IMG/VR virus record: IMGVR_UViG_3300007542_000129
Coordinates: 1-28,456 of that record
Reading direction: 5' to 3' (one strand)
From: a virus
Taxonomy: Duplodnaviria; Caudoviricetes
Length of the DNA: 28,456 nt
Position numbers and translations under genes: made by a program. Each line of letters starts with the position of its first letter. Positions within the stretch are counted from its first letter, which is position 1. Positions 26,799-28,456 of the stretch are shown here, piece by piece. The notes beneath the pieces are model-generated. The model was not told where the DNA came from. It made no database searches and saw nothing but the letters and a program-made list of their open reading frames with translations.

Positions 26799-27331
26799 AG
26801 GCCTGCCCTCAGCTTATCATAAATATAACGTACACAAGTTGCTTGATGTAGCGCGTCATCGAGCGCGTTGTGATGTGTTCCCATTCGCTTTGGAAGTTCA
26901 GATTTATCAACTAAATCAAATAAGGTGCGAGTGTCACGCATATTCCAGTATTGCCAAGGCGCAGCAATATTGTATTGTTTGAACGCATTTTCCAAGATCA
27001 TAAGGTCAAAAGTTGCCCCATGTGACCAGTATTTAACCTCGCGCAGTTTTTCAGGTACGCTGTCACATATTTCTGACAATACCCACGCTTTAAAGTCAAT
27101 GAGGGCTTGTTTTAAATCAGCGTCTCCTTCTTTACCAAAAACCTCGCGTTGGGCGTCTTCGTTTTGATTCATCCACCAGCGAACCGTGCCATCATCAATG
27201 TGTCGGTCTTGAGTACCGGGCTTAATTAGTCGGTAGAACTCGCCTCCACCCCATATTTGGGAAGCCCCGATAGACAAGATATGGCAGTCGTGGTCAAGCC
27301 CCAGCGTTTCAATATCAATCATTACGTGCAT
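26795..27331 (-). CDS. DEDDh 3'-5' exonuclease (RNase T / exonuclease VIII-like phage family)
   Basis: ExoI HVMIDIETLG, ExoII WSHGATFD, RDTRT, and ExoIII HNALDDALHQA. Confidence 0.9.
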   Translation of the reverse strand: MHVMIDIETLGLDHDCHILSIGASQIWGGGEFYRLIKPGTQDRHIDDGTVRWWMNQNEDAQREVFGKEGDADLKQALIDFKAWVLSEICDSVPEKLREVKYWSHGATFDLMILENAFKQYNIAAPWQYWNMRDTRTLFDLVDKSELPKRMGTHHNALDDALHQATCVRYIYDKLRAGL

Positions 27332-27720
27332 TATAAGACTGTCTCCTTAATGTACCGAATCACGTTCTCAAACGGTTCATCCCATACTTCTATATCTATT
27401 TCCTGATCCCATACAGGCTCGTCAAGAATCACATAGGTGTCTGGGCTGCCGATAATAACCGCACAAGGTCGGTTATTGTCAAAACAACGGTTCAGCCATC
27501 TTAGTTGTAGCTTGGAGAGCTTGCGGCTCGCTACGAGATTAAATTTAAACGGTATGGAGTCATACCATTTATACTCAACCCATAGCTGGCCGCGTCTCCC
27601 TTCATAGTAGACATCGGGAGTACCATTGGTGGCAGTAATCCCCATGCCTTGATGATACACAGATCTAGGCAGCGCTCTGTGTACCTTATCTATGAACCTT
27701 GCTTCAGGCTTTTGCGCCAT
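27331..27720 (-). CDS. PD-(D/E)xK nuclease, VRR-NUC / Holliday junction resolvase-like
   Basis: Likely start ATG at 27720 (MAQKPEARF). Motifs E..F, GTPDVYY, LWVEYK and LSKLQLRWL. Confidence 0.78.
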   Translation of the reverse strand: MAQKPEARFIDKVHRALPRSVYHQGMGITATNGTPDVYYEGRRGQLWVEYKWYDSIPFKFNLVASRKLSKLQLRWLNRCFDNNRPCAVIIGSPDTYVILDEPVWDQEIDIEVWDEPFENVIRYIKETVL

Positions 27721-27976
27721 TGATCTCAGCCTGTACGCGTTCAATCCTTGATAAGCGAACTCCAACCGCCTTTTCCAGCTTGGTGATCTCTTTCAGGCGC
27801 GGTGTTACTGCTTTCATTGCCTCCCTGAGATCGGCTTTCGCTGACTTCAGGTCGGCTTTCAACTTTTTTACTTCCTCCTTATCAGCAACGATTGCATCCT
27901 GTTTCTTAGCAATCTGTGCTGCTGTCATTACTTTCGATGGTTTGCGCGAGGTTGCGACTTTCTTTTTGGTAGCCAA
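27704..27976 (-). CDS. Lys/Ala-rich basic coiled-coil protein, possibly DNA-binding
   Basis: TTG start preceded by AGGAG; 90 aa, strongly basic N-terminus followed by heptads. Confidence 0.68.
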   Translation of the reverse strand: MATKKKVATSRKPSKVMTAAQIAKKQDAIVADKEEVKKLKADLKSAKADLREAMKAVTPRLKEITKLEKAVGVRLSRIERVQAEINGAKA

Positions 27977-28175
27977 GGTATTTCTCCTGTAGGTGGACTT
28001 TGTGTTTTCTACTTGCGATAGAAATTAATTTACGTAAAACAGTCGGGCGTCTCTGTGTGCGGGCTTCTAGTTGCAAAGCCCGCGTCACCTCGTCATACGT
28101 CAACTGTTCAGCAATGTCATCCAGTTGTCGGAATGACTTCAAAGACTCCGCGACCATGTAGTCGCGGATACTCAT
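27906..28175 (-). CDS. Conserved phage hypothetical protein
   Basis: ATG at 28175 overlaps the upstream TGA. SFRQL..LT.DEV..AL.LE....RR..VL..L pattern, recalled from small phage replication-region proteins. Confidence 0.6.
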   Translation of the reverse strand: MSIRDYMVAESLKSFRQLDDIAEQLTYDEVTRALQLEARTQRRPTVLRKLISIASRKHKVHLQEKYLGYQKESRNLAQTIESNDSSTDC

Positions 28176-28456
28176 CACTCAAAACTTACTGGTTGTGCAA
28201 GCTGAGCAGCAGCCGCATCGAGTTTGGACTCCATGATAGCAATCGCTTCTTCACTGAGTGGACGTGGGTTACTAAAACCCCAAGTCTGCGCACGAGAATT
28301 AGCGGCCTGCTTCGGGAACACTTCTACTTTGAAGTAGTGCGGTTCTTTACCCGCCACTGTGGCCATCTGCGCGATGATGGTGTCAAAGCCTTTGATACCT
28401 GTTGCAGAGACATCTAGTACGTAGATGTCAGTGTCAGCAGAAGCATCAGGTGGCAA
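28175..28456 (-). CDS. C-terminal part of a putative ssDNA-binding/recombination protein (runs off the window)
   Basis: LPPDA..DIYVLDVSATGIKGFD..F..PRPL resembles the C-terminal half of OB-fold SSB-like proteins of YuA/phiJL001-type replication modules. Recalled similarity, not verified. Confidence 0.45.
   Translation of the reverse strand: MPPDASADTDIYVLDVSATGIKGFDTIIAQMATVAGKEPHYFKVEVFPKQAANSRAQTWGFSNPRPLSEEAIAIMESKLDAAAAQLAQPVSFE

Larger units (their letters stand above)
1..28456. mobile_element. Segment of a tailed bacteriophage genome (podovirus-like): late structural/lysis/fibre region convergent with a DNA-metabolism block
   Basis: Near gap-free coding; GH24 endolysin, holin-like genes, tail-fibre motifs, giant internal virion-like protein, phage-type exonuclease and nuclease; no cellular housekeeping genes. 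Podovirus-like is inferred from ejection-type proteins and no recognisable sheath, tube or tape measure in the window. Confidence 0.93.

Noticed and set aside
26925-28417. Plus-strand ORFs at 26925, 27699 and 28055
   Set aside because: Antisense to recognisable minus-strand genes, downstream of the terminator region, and without motifs.
1-28456. Genome-wide stop-codon reassignment
   Set aside because: The standard code gives long, tightly coupled ORFs, and TAA, TGA and TAG all occur as sensible gene ends.

Overview
The whole window is a gene-dense segment of a tailed dsDNA bacteriophage, most consistent with a podovirus-like virion. No host genes, integrase, RNA genes or CRISPR array are visible. 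The + strand (1-26482) is a tightly coupled late region with four parts: tail proteins; four putative internal virion/DNA-ejection proteins, including a 2617-aa protein with an HExxH zincin-like motif; seven small, mostly membrane, ORFs plus a GH24 endolysin; and a ten-gene tail-fibre/adhesin module. Two hairpins at 26481-26569 separate this from a convergent minus-strand block (DEDDh exonuclease, PD-(D/E)xK nuclease, small basic proteins, partial SSB-like gene). Three observations stand out. (1) The fibre genes look like a plug-and-socket daisy chain: two consecutive proteins end in a paralogous ~65-aa module terminating in DGGTF, each followed by a protein with a matching N-terminal module, so the middle gene could be an optional or self-polymerising extender. 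(2) One tip protein appears to carry a circularly permuted MAM domain. (3) A 182-codon ORF with its own RBS and a CX2C-X13-CX2C motif is overprinted on nearly the whole 3-TM holin gene. All family assignments are by-eye motif recognition; no searches were run.
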